From Promethearchaeota archaeon (lineage in GTDB: Archaea; Asgardarchaeota; Lokiarchaeia; Sigyniarchaeales; SOKP01), in assembly GCA_019057865.1 (NCBI GenBank), contig JAHLWP010000001.1, positions 1 to 64,000 of the forward strand: DNA of 64,000 nucleotides, written 5' to 3'. The notes under the pieces are model-generated. The model saw only the letters and a list, made by a program, of their open reading frames with translations, made no database searches and was not told the DNA's origin. Positions 1 through 10,455 of this stretch are shown in pieces. Positions within the stretch are counted from its first letter, which is position 1. Every line of letters begins with the position of its first letter. The position numbers and the translations under genes are program-made.

Positions 1-116
1 CAGATGAGACTGATGAGGATTTTAATAGCGGATTTCATGAAATGGAAGAATTAACAGATGAGACTGATGAGGATTTTAATAGTGGATTTCATGAAATGGA
101 AGAATTAACAGATGAG
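1..116 (+). repeat. 54-bp tandem repeat (2 near-perfect copies plus the start of a degenerate third), coding an 18-aa acidic unit
   Basis: 1-54 and 55-108 differ at one base (agc/agt); unit encodes TDETDEDFNSGFHEMEEL. Confidence 0.9.
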
Positions 117-3100
117 GAGCTTGATAAGGAATTTGATGAGCAATTTAATGAGATGGAAGAGGAATATGAAAATATCGGTACTCAAAGTACTGTATTAATG
201 CATGAAAATCCCGAAATAGAAAAAGAAGATCAAGAAGAATTTCAAGCTGAAAGTGAGGAATATACTGAGGAGGAAGAGGAGTACCTAGAGAATGAGGAAG
301 AAGCAATAGAGATAGATCCAGAAGAATACGAAAATGACCAAGATCCTATTATTGATACCGAAGAGATAGAATTTGTTAGGGATATGGAAGAATTGGGGCG
401 CATGCTGAAAGAATATGATGAGAAGTTAGGCTATCCTGAAGAAGAAAATGATAATACTGCTTTTAATGCAGAGCAAGCTTATAGGGAAATTAAAGAAAGA
501 AATAGTAATAAAGAAGAAAAGGAAGAGGCCCAAGAATTAGAGAAACAAGAGAAAGAAATTACTGAAAAACAGAAGGAAGAGCATATTGAGGAAATACATT
601 CTGGTGATGCACAAGAGGAAGATGTCAATGATATACCAGAAGCAGCAGAGATAGAGCCAGAAGAGTTTGATTATCTTTGGGAAAAATATGAACAGTATGA
701 ACAAGAAGGGAAAAGTTCTGAAGAAATAAGGAATTTAATGCAGGAAGCAGAAAAAACTTATCAAATGTTAAAGGAAGTGGAAAAACACTATGAACAACAA
801 GAAAAAGAGAAATTGAGGTCAGTTGACCATGAAAATGAAGAAGATGATGAGGATGTAAGAGAAGGGATTGATAGGATAGATGCAATAGAATATCTTGTAG
901 ATACTGAAGAAAAATTACATCAGCAAGGGAATTCTCAAGAAGAAATAGATGATCAGGTGGAAGAGATTGCGAAGGATTTCTTCTTAAGTGAAGTAGAAGA
1001 AGAGGGGCAAAATGAACATATAAAAGATGTGAGTGAAGAACTAAGAATTGAACAGGATGAAATTGATGAAGAACATTTGGCTCTTGAAGGACAAGAACAA
1101 AATGGGCAAATCTCTGTTTATGATAACGATGAAAACCTAGAAGCGCGTCAAGAAATGGATAGAAAAGAACCAGAAGAAGATGTCTACACAGAATTAGATG
1201 ATATCGAAGTAGATGAAGTGCAGTCTTATCAAGAAAGAATTAAGGAGACCATAGAGAAAGAAAAAAAGTCAGAAAGCGAGGAAACAAAGGAAGAAGAATA
1301 CGAACAGCTCCAGCAATTATATCGCCAAGAAACTGGTAAAAGACCGATATATGCTGGAAAAGACACCAAAGGATTTAGCCAATGGTTAGAACAACAAGAA
1401 TTAAAAACTAAAGAATTAGAAGAGGAAGAACAACAAGAGGAGAAATGGCAAAAGAAACTTAAAAAATGGATAGAAAGATCTACCGAAGAAGAGCTCAGCT
1501 CTGAACTTAAAGTGATTCTAAAAGAGATAATCCAAAATTTCCGAGAGTATGAAGAATTAGAAGAATTATATAAAAAATATGAAAATGAACAATTGACTGA
1601 AAAGGAAAGAGAGGAATTGCTATCTATTATAAATACACTCCGACATATAAATCCAATTTACTTACATTTATATTTGAATATAAGGGGGTTTAAAGCATAT
1701 TTTCAAGAAAGTCATTGGTGGAATCCTTGGTTAATTAACGAAATAAAATACAAGTTTCTCAGACATCTTTCTAATAAATATGAATTAATAAGAGAAGAAT
1801 TTTCAAAATCAGATGAAAATTTACCTCATAAACCACTATCCGAAGCAGGTGTGTTAGCAATTCAAGCCTTACAATTAGCAATTTTAACGATATATTATAT
1901 TTGTGAAATATTCCCAAAAAACAGTGAAATTGATAAAAAATTTTTTTCTGGAAGCGAACTAAATTATATTCTTGATAAACATTCTCAATACTTTTATAGT
2001 ATTAAAAAAAAACTAGAAGAGAGCGATTTAATTCAGTATTATGGAATTTTTACGAGAAAAAAGAATGTTAATAATAAGGTATATATAATTACGGATAAGG
2101 GATTAAATTTTGCAATAAATCTTATCAATTCAGAGAAACAACAGTTTCCCAAGCTTTTCAATGAACTAATATTAAGCCTAGAAAAGCGATTTATTGAATA
2201 CAATAAAGAGCTGATTAATACTGAAAATAATAAGAATATTATATATTATTTCAATGACACATTACATCAAGGAATTATTTGTATTTATTTTATTTGCGAG
2301 AAATTTCCACAGTTATTTTCTATTACTAAAAATTACTTTTCTAAAGATGAATTAATTAACGTGATTAACAAGGAATCAAAATTTTTTTCAAAAATTAAAG
2401 AAAAATTAAAAAATAAAAATTTGATTCGATATTATGGTATTTTTTCAAAAAAAACAAAGAGTAATGAAAAAGTATATGTCATAACAGATGAAGGAATAAA
2501 TTTTAGTAAAAAATTAATGGCTTTGAAGGCAAAAACATTTCCAAATTTGTCTGATAATCTACTCTCTATTTTTGAAAAAAGATACATTGAATATAATAAA
2601 GAGCTGATAGACGATAAAAGTGATGGTTATATAATTCGCTCGAAAAAAAATATATCTAATCATCTAAAAAAACTTGCAGAAAAAAACAATTTAGAAATAC
2701 TTAGTTCATTTGAGACTGAGAATAAAGAAGTATCTTTTCGATGTAAAACGTGTACTAAAAAATTTAAAGACACGTTTCGTAAAATAAAAAAAAGACAACC
2801 ACCTCAATTATTTTGTCCTTATTGTTTTCCAGAATTAAAGAGAGGTATATATATTCCTAAAAAAGTAAGAGAAAACATTGCAAAATATGCTTTAATTGAA
2901 TTAAATAAAAAATTTTTTTATAATTTACAAGAGAAGGAAATCTTGACTAATATAACTAAAATTAAAGAAATTGTTTGCAATCAAATAGCATCTCTGATTT
3001 CTGATAAAAATATGGAATTTAAAGAATATATTCAAATATATGTTTATGATATCATTCGTTTTCTAACAAGAATTAAATTATTAAATGAAACAAATCAAAA

Positions 3101-4253
3101 AATAAGTATTAGTAATGTGGCGAAGGAAACTCATAATGAAGATTTAATCAGTTTATCGCAATGGCAGAAGGTCACCAAAGAGATAATAAAATATCTAAGA
3201 GAAGATATTGATTTTAATATTAGGACAAGACTTTATGATAACCAACCCCAAATATTCCAGAATTCAGTTAGAATACATAAAACCTTTTATAAATTAATTA
3301 ATTATAGAACTATTACTTATTTAGATATAGATTATAAAACTAAAATAAAAATAAATTACGATGGCAAATGTCAGGGAATAAATGGACATTGTGAGTTTAA
3401 TATTGATTATAAGTTTTTACCAGCTCTTTCTTATCATCATCTTCTTAAGAATTACAAAAGAACTGTAACAAGAAAAGGTTTTGAATATATTCAACCGAGA
3501 GAGATTATAGCACAAAAATTTGATAAAGCCCTAAAATTAATGCAGACTCAGGTGGGAGGATTAAAATTAGCTTGTACTAACTGTCATTCATTTGAACATG
3601 ATGTAATCTATAACTATTCTTCAATTTTTATTTTTCTAAACTCATTAAGTCTAACTTATATTAATGAAAATCCATCAGGTGTTCTAAATACAATAAAAAC
3701 TCTAACAGACGAATATTACATCCAAAATAAAGAAAATTATAAATCTTCTGTCAGAACTTATGAATCACAACGAAAAGCTGAAATAAAATATCATATAAAG
3801 ACACAAATATTAAAATTTGTAAAGAAAAAATATATAATTGAATTTCTCTTCGGTATGGAATATATCTGCCCTATTTGCAAGAAAACCAATATTAATAGCC
3901 ATCTTAATTGTTTTCATGCACATCACACTAACAATAATTTGTTTGAAAATGGACTTGAAAAAATTACATTTAGTGAAGAATTTAAAACTAAATCCATCGT
4001 TTGGTTAATTAAAAATCTAATAATACAAGAATGCATATATATCTGTGGTAATTGTCATAAAATGCTTCATGCGAAATACTATAGAGATAGTGCTTTAATT
4101 ATACTGAAGAATAAAGATGATGAAAAATTTATTGATGACTTCTATAATAATATGTACGAGAAAATTAGTGGGTTGAGAGATAAGATTTTAAAATGGAAAA
4201 CTAAACTGATAGATAATTCACTCCAATATTATAAATTCCCTTCTCTAAAGTGA
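3..4253 (+). CDS. Giant multidomain protein, probably 5'-truncated by the window edge: acidic low-complexity N-terminus, duplicated wHTH-like domain, Zn ribbon, HTH, C-terminal tandem HNH-like nuclease domains
   Basis: Frame of the 42..4253 ORF is open back to position 3. 131-aa internal duplication with Y.IT..G wing motif; CKTC/CPYC; C..C...LPALSYHH...CTNCH and CPIC...FHAHH...CGNCH. Confidence 0.75.
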   Translation, partial: DETDEDFNSGFHEMEELTDETDEDFNSGFHEMEELTDEELDKEFDEQFNEMEEEYENIGTQSTVLMHENPEIEKEDQEEFQAESEEYTEEEEEYLENEEEAIEIDPEEYENDQDPIIDTEEIEFVRDMEELGRMLKEYDEKLGYPEEENDNTAFNAEQAYREIKERNSNKEEKEEAQELEKQEKEITEKQKEEHIEEIHSGDAQEEDVNDIPEAAEIEPEEFDYLWEKYEQYEQEGKSSEEIRNLMQEAEKTYQMLKEVEKHYEQQEKEKLRSVDHENEEDDEDVREGIDRIDAIEYLVDTEEKLHQQGNSQEEIDDQVEEIAKDFFLSEVEEEGQNEHIKDVSEELRIEQDEIDEEHLALEGQEQNGQISVYDNDENLEARQEMDRKEPEEDVYTELDDIEVDEVQSYQERIKETIEKEKKSESEETKEEEYEQLQQLYRQETGKRPIYAGKDTKGFSQWLEQQELKTKELEEEEQQEEKWQKKLKKWIERSTEEELSSELKVILKEIIQNFREYEELEELYKKYENEQLTEKEREELLSIINTLRHINPIYLHLYLNIRGFKAYFQESHWWNPWLINEIKYKFLRHLSNKYELIREEFSKSDENLPHKPLSEAGVLAIQALQLAILTIYYICEIFPKNSEIDKKFFSGSELNYILDKHSQYFYSIKKKLEESDLIQYYGIFTRKKNVNNKVYIITDKGLNFAINLINSEKQQFPKLFNELILSLEKRFIEYNKELINTENNKNIIYYFNDTLHQGIICIYFICEKFPQLFSITKNYFSKDELINVINKESKFFSKIKEKLKNKNLIRYYGIFSKKTKSNEKVYVITDEGINFSKKLMALKAKTFPNLSDNLLSIFEKRYIEYNKELIDDKSDGYIIRSKKNISNHLKKLAEKNNLEILSSFETENKEVSFRCKTCTKKFKDTFRKIKKRQPPQLFCPYCFPELKRGIYIPKKVRENIAKYALIELNKKFFYNLQEKEILTNITKIKEIVCNQIASLISDKNMEFKEYIQIYVYDIIRFLTRIKLLNETNQKISISNVAKETHNEDLISLSQWQKVTKEIIKYLREDIDFNIRTRLYDNQPQIFQNSVRIHKTFYKLINYRTITYLDIDYKTKIKINYDGKCQGINGHCEFNIDYKFLPALSYHHLLKNYKRTVTRKGFEYIQPREIIAQKFDKALKLMQTQVGGLKLACTNCHSFEHDVIYNYSSIFIFLNSLSLTYINENPSGVLNTIKTLTDEYYIQNKENYKSSVRTYESQRKAEIKYHIKTQILKFVKKKYIIEFLFGMEYICPICKKTNINSHLNCFHAHHTNNNLFENGLEKITFSEEFKTKSIVWLIKNLIIQECIYICGNCHKMLHAKYYRDSALIILKNKDDEKFIDDFYNNMYEKISGLRDKILKWKTKLIDNSLQYYKFPSLK

Positions 4254-4300
4254 TTAAATATCTTATATTAATTCTATTTTTGATATATATGATGTTGAAT

Positions 4301-5803
4301 TTAATAAATTGGAATCCTTTTATTATTTTCTTTTTTTTTGTAAATATGGTTTCGGCAATTATTTTTTTTGCTATTAGCAATTCTTTTAAGTAAAGTTAAT
4401 CCAGGTTTTACTTCACTTATTGGTTTTGATTCAATTAATTTATTCGATAGTAACTCATTATATAATTGCTTTCCTTTCTCAGTTCTTATAACTAAAGTAT
4501 TCCATCCAGAAGGAGAACCAATAGAACCAATAGAAATATCTGCGGATTCAGATGTTAAATCATAACAGACTTCGCAATCTTCTCTAGCAAGATGTGAAAT
4601 ATCTTTAATTGGAACATTTAATTCATCCCCATTCTTAGTGTAAACAAAGAATTTCCCCTTATTAATATCCATCTTCTTAACATTCTTTACATCAACATTT
4701 AAGGTTTTACATATCTCTAATAAAGATTGATAGGAAAAAGACTCCATACAAAAAATTCCAATTCGATATTCGATATTATTTAATGAAGGAATTCCAATAT
4801 TATAGATTTTGGATTTAAGAAGTGCTTGCATTTGACAAGGTACTCCTACTACAGCAATTGATTTTGAATTTTCATTTAAATCGTTTAATAAACTTAAATT
4901 TGGATTATTAACATATTTGGTTCCAGCTGTAGATATGATATCTTCTTTACTTTTAATTAATAATGGTTCTGGTCTCCATGGATCATCACTCATTTTAGCA
5001 CCAAGAGCATAGTCGATCTTTCCTTGTTCAAAAAGATAATATAAACAAGTGCTAGATATACCGCCATCTTGACATATAGAAGCAATTTCTTTTATTTTTG
5101 TTCTAGCTGAATAGACTTCAATATAATAACCAATTTCGGAATATTCTTTTATTTCCGAAGTATTTTCTAAGCTCATATTTAAAACTTTAACAGGTAGATA
5201 TGATCGTGGACAAATAAAATAACACAATCCACATCTGATACATTTTTTATCGTCGATTTCCCCAAATCCGTTGTTAATTTTAATACAATCCATAGGACAT
5301 ATTCCATGACAAAGCCCACATCCCGAACAATTGTTAGTATCCACGATTGAGCCATTACCAATAACAGGTTCATAAATAGACTGGATATTTGAAACATTAT
5401 ATCCATCAATTTTTATTGATAAATCTTTAAAAATTAATTTATCTGGAGAATTTTCATTTCGCTTAATTTTTTCATATATTTCTTCTATTATTACTCTTTT
5501 TTCATTTTTTAATAATTCTAATAAACTTAAAGCTTTTCTAAGTTCAATTGAGTTCTTTTCAGAAAATTTTTTAATTGAAGTTAAGTTTAAATTCTGATTA
5601 GAATTTAAAAAATGGAATAATGTAAATTTTGATTGTTCCATATTGAACATCTTAAATAAGATATTATAGTATTGAGTTTCATCATAAACTCCTGCATTTA
5701 TTATATCTTCTTTTGCGTCTATAAGAGCTCTAACCCTATATGAATCTAAACTATCTGCTACTGTTTTTAAAAAATCCCATGAAAATTTTCCTTCAGAACT
5801 CAT
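4301..5803 (-). CDS. Coenzyme F420 hydrogenase/dehydrogenase beta subunit (FrhB/FdhB family) with 2x[4Fe-4S] ferredoxin and an N-terminal extension
   Basis: CSGCGLC..CP and CIRCGLC..CP; QDGG, GTKY, VGVPCQ, GIFCME, CEVCYD, ADISIGSIGS motifs. Confidence 0.9.
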   Translation of the reverse strand: MSSEGKFSWDFLKTVADSLDSYRVRALIDAKEDIINAGVYDETQYYNILFKMFNMEQSKFTLFHFLNSNQNLNLTSIKKFSEKNSIELRKALSLLELLKNEKRVIIEEIYEKIKRNENSPDKLIFKDLSIKIDGYNVSNIQSIYEPVIGNGSIVDTNNCSGCGLCHGICPMDCIKINNGFGEIDDKKCIRCGLCYFICPRSYLPVKVLNMSLENTSEIKEYSEIGYYIEVYSARTKIKEIASICQDGGISSTCLYYLFEQGKIDYALGAKMSDDPWRPEPLLIKSKEDIISTAGTKYVNNPNLSLLNDLNENSKSIAVVGVPCQMQALLKSKIYNIGIPSLNNIEYRIGIFCMESFSYQSLLEICKTLNVDVKNVKKMDINKGKFFVYTKNGDELNVPIKDISHLAREDCEVCYDLTSESADISIGSIGSPSGWNTLVIRTEKGKQLYNELLSNKLIESKPISEVKPGLTLLKRIANSKKNNCRNHIYKKKENNKRIPIY

Positions 5804-5845
5804 AATTGTTATTTTTTTATAAATAAATATTTAATTATATAAAAT

Positions 5846-5914
5846 CCGAAAACCCTTGCAATGGGATAGTTCCCTCTCAACTATGATTTTTTTGAAAGGA
5901 TCATTCTATTTCGG
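5846..5914 (-). promoter_or_regulatory. Eukaryote-like SECIS element
   Basis: Minus strand: AUAG-A-AUGA-U-CCUUUCAA-[AAAAAUCAUAG]-UUGAGAGG-G-GA-A-CUAU. This gives an AUGA/GA core, an 8-bp upper helix and an A-rich apical loop; a lower CCGAA/UUCGG helix extends it. It lies directly 3' of two UGA-containing genes. Confidence 0.85.
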
Positions 5915-6338
5915 GTAAAATTTTTTTAGGTAGAGGAGGTAAAGCTTCAATTTTTTTTGTAATATCCTCAACAGAATGAATGAATTTTTCTACATCTGCT
6001 GCAGAGACGAAATATTGCTGAATGCGATCTTCAGAAATACCAATATGTTTGAATAACTTTTTTAAAAAAAGCACATGCTCATATGTATTCATATTTCCTT
6101 TCCCAAACGCACATTCTCCTTCTTTTCACGAAATTATTGCTACACCATCTGCTCCGTTCAAGAAACTCTTCATTATTAAATGAATACCTACTCTTCCCGT
6201 ACATCTAACTCTAATCAAGTGAAATTCAGATGAGTATGATTTTCTCGTAGTTCCAGTTAAATCCGCAGCAGAATAACCTCATTTTTCACATCCAAAAGCA
6301 ATTACTTTTTTAAAATTTTTGTTTTCTGTTTGAATCAT
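5901..6338 (-). CDS. mvhD: Selenocysteine-containing hydrogenase iron-sulfur subunit MvhD/VhuD (145 aa; Sec20, Sec71)
   Basis: ATG at 6338. In-frame TGA at 6279-6281 (FGCEK-U-GYSAAD) and 6126-6128 (GVAIIS-U-KEGEC) align with Cys in the neighbouring paralog ([12 protein letters not shown]; [12 protein letters not shown]). Confidence 0.92.
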
Positions 6339-6359
6339 AAGAATTAACCTCTAAATTGT

Positions 6360-8357
6360 TTAATTTTCCTCAATTTTTTGTGCTTTTTGAATTGATTTAA
6401 TCTCGCTACTACCGATTCCTTTAATTTCTTCTATGAATTGTTTATCTCTATAATATTTTAAATCAATTGCTCTAGCGGGACAAGATGTAACACACACACC
6501 ACAACCTTTACATTTCAAATCATCAACAATAGCGACATTATCTTCACCTACTTTTATGGCTTCATAGTAACAAACCTTTTCACATCTGTGGCATCCCATA
6601 CAGAGGTTATTCTCTACTTCTGCAATAATTAATTCTTGGTTTATTGTATCATGAGAAAGCAGAGTGGCAACTTTACTCGCTGCAGCTAAAGCTGTCGATA
6701 CTGAATAGGGAATATTTTTTGGTCCTGCAGCACATCCACAAATGTAAATTCCCATATTAGTCGTTTCTTGAGGACTTAAACATCCATGAATTTCAGTTAA
6801 AAATCCATTTGGCCCTGATCCTAAACCTATAACATCTATTATTTCAGCAGTTCCTTTTGAAGGGATCATACCTGTAGATAATACAACTAGATCCGCATTG
6901 ACTTTAATAATTTCACCTGTTAATGATGAAAATGCCCGAATTATTAATTTTTTTGTATCAGGGTCCTCTACTATTTCTCCTACTTTACCTCTAATCATTC
7001 TAATCCCTAAATCTCTTATTTTTCTATAATATTCTTCATTTCCTTTATCTGATGTCCTAATATCAATGTAAAATAAAATAACATCCATTTCAGGGTACTC
7101 TTGTTTTAATAATTGTGCATTTTTAAGAGCCACATTGCAACATACTGCTGAGCAATAAGGGAGTTCTTTTACAGATCTTGAACCAACACATTGAATCATT
7201 ACAATTGTATTAGGAATCTGTCCATCAGAAATTCTATATACATGCCCGTCAGTTGGACCAATAGGACTTAATATCCGTTCTAATTCTATTTGAGTGATTA
7301 CATCAGGAGATATCCCATAATTATAATCATTAGTTTCCATAATTGGATATTCATCATATCCAGTAGCAATAATTACAGCTCCGACATTTATGTCTATATA
7401 TTCTGGTTCTTGATCAAAATCAACCGCTTCAGCTGGGCAAATTCTTTCGCAGTTTTTGCAATTAGTACAAACAGTTTTATCAATAACTGCATAATTTGGT
7501 ACAGCTTGTGGGAAAGGGATATAAATAGCACCTCTATCGCCTATTCCTCTATTAAAGTCATTGGGAATTTTTATAGGGCATTTGGTTGTACATAATCCAC
7601 AACCAGTACATTTACTTTCATCAACATAACGAGGATTTTTTCTTATTGTGCACTTATAATTACCAGGAATACCGTTAAATTCGATAATATCGCTATATGT
7701 ATATAAATTTATATTTGGATGTTTGTAAGTATTAACCATTATTGGAGCAAGAACTCATATTCCACAATCATCAGTTGGATAAATTCTATCTAGTTGTGCC
7801 ATTTTTCCACCAATAGTAGGTTCTTTTTCAATTAGATAAACATTTATTCCTTGGTTTGCTAAATCTAACGCAGCATTCATTCCTGCAATTCCAGCTCCAA
7901 TTACTAAAGCTGCTCTTATTACTGGAATCACTTTACGAGGAACACTTTCTAGTTCACGTGCACGGTTTACTCCTGCTTGTACTAATCTTATAGCCTTCTT
8001 AGTGGCATTTTTCTTATCATTTGCATGTACATATGAACAGTGTTCACGCAAATTAACCATCTGAAAATAATAAGGACTTAATCCTGCTTCAACTAAAACT
8101 GCTCGATATGTAGGCTCGTGAATTTTTGGAGTACAAGCAGCGACAACAACCCTGTTTAAACCTAATTCCAGAATATCATTTTTGATAATTTGTTGCCCAG
8201 GATCACTACAAGTAAAATCATTTACTCTAGCAACTACGACATTTGAGAGGTGTTCAACAGCATCTCTTACAACATCGCAATCTACAGTAGCTCCAATATT
8301 TACTCCTCACCTGCATACATACACACCTATTCTAACAGTGGTCTGATTATCAGACAT
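6360..8357 (-). CDS. hdrA: Selenocysteine-containing heterodisulfide reductase subunit A (665 aa; Sec17, Sec201)
   Basis: ATG at 8357. One frame throughout, with TGA at 8307-8309 (GVYVCR-U-GVNI) and 7755-7757 (DDCGI-U-VLAP), both conserved Cys positions of HdrA. FAD motif VIGAGIAG, QCVGSR, ferredoxin motifs. Confidence 0.93.
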
Positions 8358-8519
8358 TTAACCCACCCTTGTAATTTATCACCATTATTTAGTTGATATT
8401 TAATTTAACAAATAATAAAATATATTGATTAAGTAAAAAAAAGAAAAAATTTATTCTTTCTCTTTTTTTCTTATTAAAAGTGGTTCAATATTATTTAAAG
8501 CAAAAATTAAAAAATTTAA

Positions 8520-9800
8520 GTGAAATTTATAACAAAGATCGAAGAAAAAGATAATTCTGAACAATCCACTGATGATATCGATTCATATCTAGAAAAAATT
8601 TACGAACCAAATTTAAGAAAATTATTAAGTAAATGCTATCAATGTGTTTCTTGTAGTGGTGTATGTCAACTCAGTAAAGTTCAGAGTTTTATACCTAGTG
8701 TAATTATTCAACGGATATTAGAAGGATTTGAGGATAAAGTACTCGAAAGTGGAGTTTTATGGGATTGTTTAACTTGCAATAGTTGTCTTCAAATTTGTCC
8801 TGAAGATATTAATTTCGCTGATATTGTAAGAAATGCAAGATATAAAATGATAAATGATTATAAACAAAATCCTGATGAGTATATTTCTCATAAAGGGATT
8901 TATACCACAATATCAGAAATATTGAGTGAACCTTATATCCAACCAAAGAGAAATCTTGATTGGGTTCCCAAAGAATGCACTACTTCAGAAAAGGGTGATC
9001 TTTTATATTTCGTGGGTTGCTTGCCATATTTTAAATTTGAGTTCCAAGAAGTAGATCCCATTCCCATAAGCGTACTTAAAATATTATGTCAAATAGAGTA
9101 CGATCCGATTGTCGTTCTTAAGGATGAAGTCTGTTGTGGACACGATTTATATTGGGGTGTGGGAAATTTTAAGGCTTTTATAAAATTAGCAAAGAAAAAC
9201 TATAATTTGTTTGAAAAGGCATGTGTTTCAACAATTATTACTTCATGTGCAGAAGGATACAGGACTTTTAAAGTGGAATATCCAAAATTGTTTGAAGATT
9301 TTGATAATAAATTTGAAGTTAAACACATAATTGAATATGTTTATGAAAAATGGAAACAAGGTAAGATTGAGTTTAAAGTCCCAAATGAAAGAGATGTTGA
9401 TATTCAGTTTACATATCATGATCCTTGCCGGCTGAGTAGATTTTTGCCAAAATCTAATAACCTTTTGGAAAAGGTTAGGGAAATCTTTAACAATTTAGAG
9501 GGATTAGGTTATTATTTTAAGGAAATGAGACACAATAAGGAGAATGCATTATGTTGTGGTATTAGTTCATGGATGAATTGTAATACTCGATCTAAGGCTT
9601 TAAGATATAGCCGTCTTTTAGAAGCTAAAGAATCGGGTACAACTTTAGTTACATCATGTCCAAAATGTATAATACACCTATCATGTCTTCAAAGTGATTA
9701 TGAAGATTTATCATATATAGAAATTAAAGATTTTTCTGAGTTTTTGGTTAATTTAATTCAAGTAATTAATTCAAAAAGCAATGGAGAAGTTAAATCATAA
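8520..9800 (+). CDS. HdrD-like Fe-S oxidoreductase (HdrC-type ferredoxin plus two CCG domains)
   Basis: [26 protein letters not shown] twice, YHDPC, TSCPKC. Confidence 0.85.
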   Translation: MKFITKIEEKDNSEQSTDDIDSYLEKIYEPNLRKLLSKCYQCVSCSGVCQLSKVQSFIPSVIIQRILEGFEDKVLESGVLWDCLTCNSCLQICPEDINFADIVRNARYKMINDYKQNPDEYISHKGIYTTISEILSEPYIQPKRNLDWVPKECTTSEKGDLLYFVGCLPYFKFEFQEVDPIPISVLKILCQIEYDPIVVLKDEVCCGHDLYWGVGNFKAFIKLAKKNYNLFEKACVSTIITSCAEGYRTFKVEYPKLFEDFDNKFEVKHIIEYVYEKWKQGKIEFKVPNERDVDIQFTYHDPCRLSRFLPKSNNLLEKVREIFNNLEGLGYYFKEMRHNKENALCCGISSWMNCNTRSKALRYSRLLEAKESGTTLVTSCPKCIIHLSCLQSDYEDLSYIEIKDFSEFLVNLIQVINSKSNGEVKS

Positions 9801-10234
9801 TGGAAGGATCTGTTTTGAAAAAAGGTTTCAAACCCTCTATTTTGGTTTTCTGCTGTAATTGGTGTAGTTATGCAGGGGCAGATTTAGCAGGAGTTTCACG
9901 ATTTCAATATCCTCCAAATATTAGAATAATAAGAGTTATGTGTTCGGGTAGAATTGATCCTGCATTTGTTTTAAAAGCTTTAAAGGATGGTGCTGATGGT
10001 GTTCTCATTAGTGGATGCCATATCGGTGATTGCCATTACATTTCTGGAAATGAATATACAAAAGAACGCTTTGAAAGGTTATATAATATAATTATAAAGC
10101 AGCTAGGTGTTAAAGAAAAACGTGTAAGGTTAGAATGGATAAGTGCTTCTGAAGGTAAAAGATTTGCTGACGTAATTACTGAATTCACTAATGAAATAAA
10201 GGATTTGGGTCCGTTACGAAAGAAAATTTTCTAA
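9800..10234 (+). CDS. mvhD: Hydrogenase iron-sulfur subunit MvhD (Cys form)
   Basis: [35 protein letters not shown]. Confidence 0.95.
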   Translation: MEGSVLKKGFKPSILVFCCNWCSYAGADLAGVSRFQYPPNIRIIRVMCSGRIDPAFVLKALKDGADGVLISGCHIGDCHYISGNEYTKERFERLYNIIIKQLGVKEKRVRLEWISASEGKRFADVITEFTNEIKDLGPLRKKIF

Positions 10235-10269
10235 ATAAATTTTTTTATTAATAATAATTATTTTTAATC

Positions 10270-10455
10270 ATGTCAGAGTCAGAAGAAAATAAGAGAGAGG
10301 AATTTGCTAAGCAATTTATGCTTGAAGAAGGCTTAAAGGGTAAAGCTAGAAGAATAAAAATCATGAAAATTATAGATAATGTAGGTTATGATAAAAAAAA
10401 GATAAAGACTGCTCTACTTCGCTCAACAATAGCTGAAAGAATTCAGCATGATTAA
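10270..10455 (+). CDS. Small hypothetical protein
   Basis: 61-aa ORF that fills the intergenic gap, co-oriented with its neighbours. Confidence 0.65.
   Translation: MSESEENKREEFAKQFMLEEGLKGKARRIKIMKIIDNVGYDKKKIKTALLRSTIAERIQHD

Noticed and set aside
1-116. Possible CRISPR array at the window start
   Set aside because: The repeats are contiguous 54-mers with no unique spacers and are in-frame coding
4254-4300. Stranded host gene start beside the first HNH gene, as at 38619
   Set aside because: No minus-strand ATG-initiated fragment is visible, and the other boundary is outside the window
6282-6345. Second SECIS starting at the AUGA of the mvhD start codon
   Set aside because: I could not form a clean helix closed by a matching GA; not supported without a covariance-model search
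5901-8357. hdrA and mvhD as nonsense pseudogenes, or UGA reassigned genome-wide
   Set aside because: All four internal stops are TGA at Cys-equivalent sites with a SECIS downstream, and other genes in the window end normally at TGA
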